Positions 52,577 to 55,061 of a stretch of DNA of 55,061 bases are shown one piece after another. Within the stretch, counting starts at the first letter, position 1, and each line of letters begins with the position of its first letter. The stretch spans positions 1 to 55,061 of the forward strand of contig WGFB01000013.1 in NCBI GenBank assembly GCA_015492435.1, in the 5' to 3' direction. This DNA is from Gammaproteobacteria bacterium (GTDB taxonomy: Bacteria; Pseudomonadota; Gammaproteobacteria; SZUA-140). Under the pieces are notes generated by a model. The model ran no database searches. It saw only the letters and a list, made by a program, of their open reading frames with translations, and had not been told where the DNA came from. A program made the translations under genes and the position numbers.

Positions 52577-52975
52577 TCAAGATTCATTGAGAGCGGAAAC
52601 AATAGGGCAACCTTGGCCTGGCGTACTGTCACTGCATTGCCCGATGAGGCGTTCCAGCCGCGCCTTCATCAGCATGAGTTCCTGAATCTGCGCATCGATC
52701 TGCTGCCGCCGGCGTTCTGCCTGGGCCTGCACGTCATTGCACTGTCCCTCGCCCAGCTCCAGGAGGCGGGCGATTTCCCGGAGGCTGAAGCCCAGGCGCT
52801 GGGCACGCTTGATGAACTGGATTCTGTGGATGGTTGTCTTATCGTAAAGACGGTAGCCCGCGGCGGGCCTGGCAGGCCGGGCCACCAGTCCCAGGCGCTG
52901 GTAGTAGCGCACTGTCTCTACGTTCACACCCGCGGCTCGCGCCAGCCGCCCGATGGTCAAGGGCTTGTCCGGCAT
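52577..52975 (-). CDS. MerR-family metal-responsive regulator
   Basis: TIGRLARAAGVNVETVRYYQRLGL, YRLY, FIKRAQRLGFSLREI; three Cys (GQCND, QCSD, GCPIV) placed as in MerR/CadR/PbrR. Confidence 0.9.
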   Translation of the reverse strand: MPDKPLTIGRLARAAGVNVETVRYYQRLGLVARPARPAAGYRLYDKTTIHRIQFIKRAQRLGFSLREIARLLELGEGQCNDVQAQAERRRQQIDAQIQELMLMKARLERLIGQCSDSTPGQGCPIVSALNES

Positions 52976-53145
52976 AGAATCTCCTGCTTTTCGCTGTCCT
53001 TCTGTGACTGATCCACCCCTCCCAGAATAAACCAAAACCCCCTGGCTGTCAGGGCCGGCAGGGCAATACACATATATTTTAAATGGTTATAAATCCGTCC
53101 CTGGATACCCCTTTAATTTTATCAGTCTTTTCCGATAACTATGTC

Positions 53146-54771
53146 ATGCCATTGAAACTCTTTGCCATCACCCTGACAATGTCGGGCACCATCATCATGC
53201 TGGCCGCCCTGCATCCGGCCGTGCAGCTTTGGAAGGCGCATCGCACGGGGCGGCAGCGCAATGCCTGGCGGATATTGCTGGTCCTGATGGTGTTGTTCGT
53301 CATGGCCTATGGCATTTTCCTCGCCGCCCTCGCCACCCACAACGTCACCATGGTGGACCTTGTCGTCTCGGCCCTGATGTTTGGCGGCAGTTGTTTCGTG
53401 ATCCTGGTTCTGAGGATCAGCCTGATGAGCATCAAGGACATCAAGAAAGCCGCGGAACTGGAACGCTACAACGCCCTGCATGATCAACTGACCGGCCTGC
53501 CCAACCGGGTATTGCTGTATGAAAGCATGTTGCAGGCTATTGCACATGGCAAACGCAGGCACACCCCCGTGGCCCTGATGATCATGGACCTCAACCAGTT
53601 CAAGGAAGTCAATGACACCCTGGGCCATCATTGCGGAGACAAGCTGTTGCGCGCCCTGGTCCCCAGGTTGCGGGATGCGGTGCGCGCATGCGACATCATT
53701 GCCCGGCTGGGAGGCGACGAATTTGCCATCGTACTGGGTGAAACGGATAAGGAGGGTGCTATCACCGTCGCGGAAAGAATTGTTCAGTCCCTGGAAGAAC
53801 CCTTGTCAGTCGATGGCTATGACCTGCAAACCGGCGTCAGTATCGGCATTGCGCTCTATCCCGCCGATGGGAATGACTGCAACACCCTGATCAAAAAGGC
53901 GGAGATCGCCATGTACGCCGCCAAGAAAAGTAGCAACCATTTCGAAGTCTACAAACCCAGCCAGAATATCCATTCCTTAGACCGGCTCAATAAGACAAGG
54001 AAGCTGCACGACGCCATTGTCAATGGCCTGCTGTCATTGCATTTTCAGCCCATCGTCGATCTGCGCAGCGGGCAGGTAAGCTGCTTCGAAGTCCTGACCC
54101 GCTGGACCGATGAGGAACTGGGTCCCGTGCCTCCCGACGAATTCATTCCCATCGCCGAGCAAAGCGGGCTCATCAAGCAGCTGACCCTGTGGATGCTGGA
54201 CGAGTCCATGCGCCAGTGCCGGCACTGGCTCACCTTCAACCCCGGCCTCCATCTGTCTGTCAACATGACGGCTCAGGACCTGCAGGACAGCTATCTGATT
54301 CGGAATATCGCGGATACCCTGGCAAAGCACGGTTTCAACGCCCGCCAACTGCACATCGAGATCACCGAGAGCAACATGATGACCCACTCACGGCACAGCC
54401 GCCGCATGATCAGCCAACTCCACGAGTTGGGCGTATCTCTGTCCATAGATGATTTCGGCACCGGGTTCTCCTCACTGGCCTATCTCAAGCAACTGCCGAC
54501 GCAGGCTATCAAAATCGACAAAAGCTTCGTGAGGGACATTGCCTCAGACAGCAGCGATGAAATCATCGTGCGATCCGTCATAGACATTGCCCACAATATG
54601 GGGCAAGTCGTCATTGCCGAAGGAATAGAAGAGCCGGAATGCCTGGAACGCTTGCTGGCGCTGGGGTGCGACTACGGGCAGGGATTCCTGTTTTCCCGCC
54701 CGATTCCCGCCCATGAGGTTCTCACCTGGCTGCGGGAGAGGGGCGAGCTAGTGCGCCAGGCGGCTGTTTGA
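53146..54771 (+). CDS. Membrane-anchored diguanylate cyclase/phosphodiesterase (GGDEF-EAL)
   Basis: Three N-terminal TM helices; HDQLTGLPNR; RACD I-site and GGDEF; EVL; DDFGTGFSSL; KIDKSF; AEGIE. Confidence 0.93.
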   Translation: MPLKLFAITLTMSGTIIMLAALHPAVQLWKAHRTGRQRNAWRILLVLMVLFVMAYGIFLAALATHNVTMVDLVVSALMFGGSCFVILVLRISLMSIKDIKKAAELERYNALHDQLTGLPNRVLLYESMLQAIAHGKRRHTPVALMIMDLNQFKEVNDTLGHHCGDKLLRALVPRLRDAVRACDIIARLGGDEFAIVLGETDKEGAITVAERIVQSLEEPLSVDGYDLQTGVSIGIALYPADGNDCNTLIKKAEIAMYAAKKSSNHFEVYKPSQNIHSLDRLNKTRKLHDAIVNGLLSLHFQPIVDLRSGQVSCFEVLTRWTDEELGPVPPDEFIPIAEQSGLIKQLTLWMLDESMRQCRHWLTFNPGLHLSVNMTAQDLQDSYLIRNIADTLAKHGFNARQLHIEITESNMMTHSRHSRRMISQLHELGVSLSIDDFGTGFSSLAYLKQLPTQAIKIDKSFVRDIASDSSDEIIVRSVIDIAHNMGQVVIAEGIEEPECLERLLALGCDYGQGFLFSRPIPAHEVLTWLRERGELVRQAAV

Positions 54772-54895
54772 TCCCACCTCCCCCGGCCCTGCGGGAACCA
54801 GAAGGCGCCGCCCCGCCAGTATGGAAATAGGGATGCCGTTTCGCATATCATGGTACGGATCTTCCGGAAATCCGCCCCGCGGGGAAGATTCCTAG

Positions 54896-55056
54896 GTGGC
54901 TGTCGGACTTAGGTGATCGTAGCGAGGCGAGTGGGAAATGGAGGACAGTTTTTCGATCATTTGAGGCGAATAGTGGTCACTATTTAACGAAAATGATCGG
55001 AAAAATGGACCCATTTCCCGCCGCCGCAGTAGATTCATCCTAAGTCCGACAGCCTC
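54896..55056. mobile_element. MITE family B (161 bp)
   Basis: Terminal inverted repeats GTGGCTGTCGGACTTAGG / CCTAAGTCCGACAGCCTC, flanked by CTAG on both sides; long internal hairpin with central AATAGTGGTCACTATT. Confidence 0.85.
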
Positions 55057-55061
55057 CTAGG

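Overview
GC-rich chromosomal segment from a Gammaproteobacterium; the CbbR-type LysR and the pfkB-sps-sus sucrose cluster suggest a chemolithoautotroph (inference). About 1-38 kb is conserved core: dusB-fis-purH, purD-purE-tsaC-hemF, suhB-like, peroxiredoxin, LysR, apaH-dtd-pip, VIT1, metH, trkH/trkA-ntrX/ntrY-DUF4390-rsmB-fmt-def, LysM-dprA-smg-topA. Two large beta-propeller-repeat surface proteins with GlyGly-CTERM-like tails interrupt it between purH and purD. From 38 kb to tRNA-Arg(CCG) at 46.7 kb lies an accessory region with an AHL quorum-sensing locus (luxR, lux box, luxI). luxI is translationally coupled to an unknown receiver-like Cys/His-rich protein, followed by a histidine kinase with no sensor domain. 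Then come a sucrose operon, an orphan MerR and a GGDEF-EAL gene. Main points of interest: (1) the luxR-luxI-pseudo-receiver-sensorless-kinase module; (2) a candidate ~95-nt sRNA with two anti-Shine-Dalgarno loops, divergent from the CbbR-like LysR; (3) four ~160-bp MITE-like elements of three families, one of which rewrote a protein C-terminus; (4) a MetH lacking its reactivation domain. All calls come from reading the sequence and translations by eye; no database searches were run.
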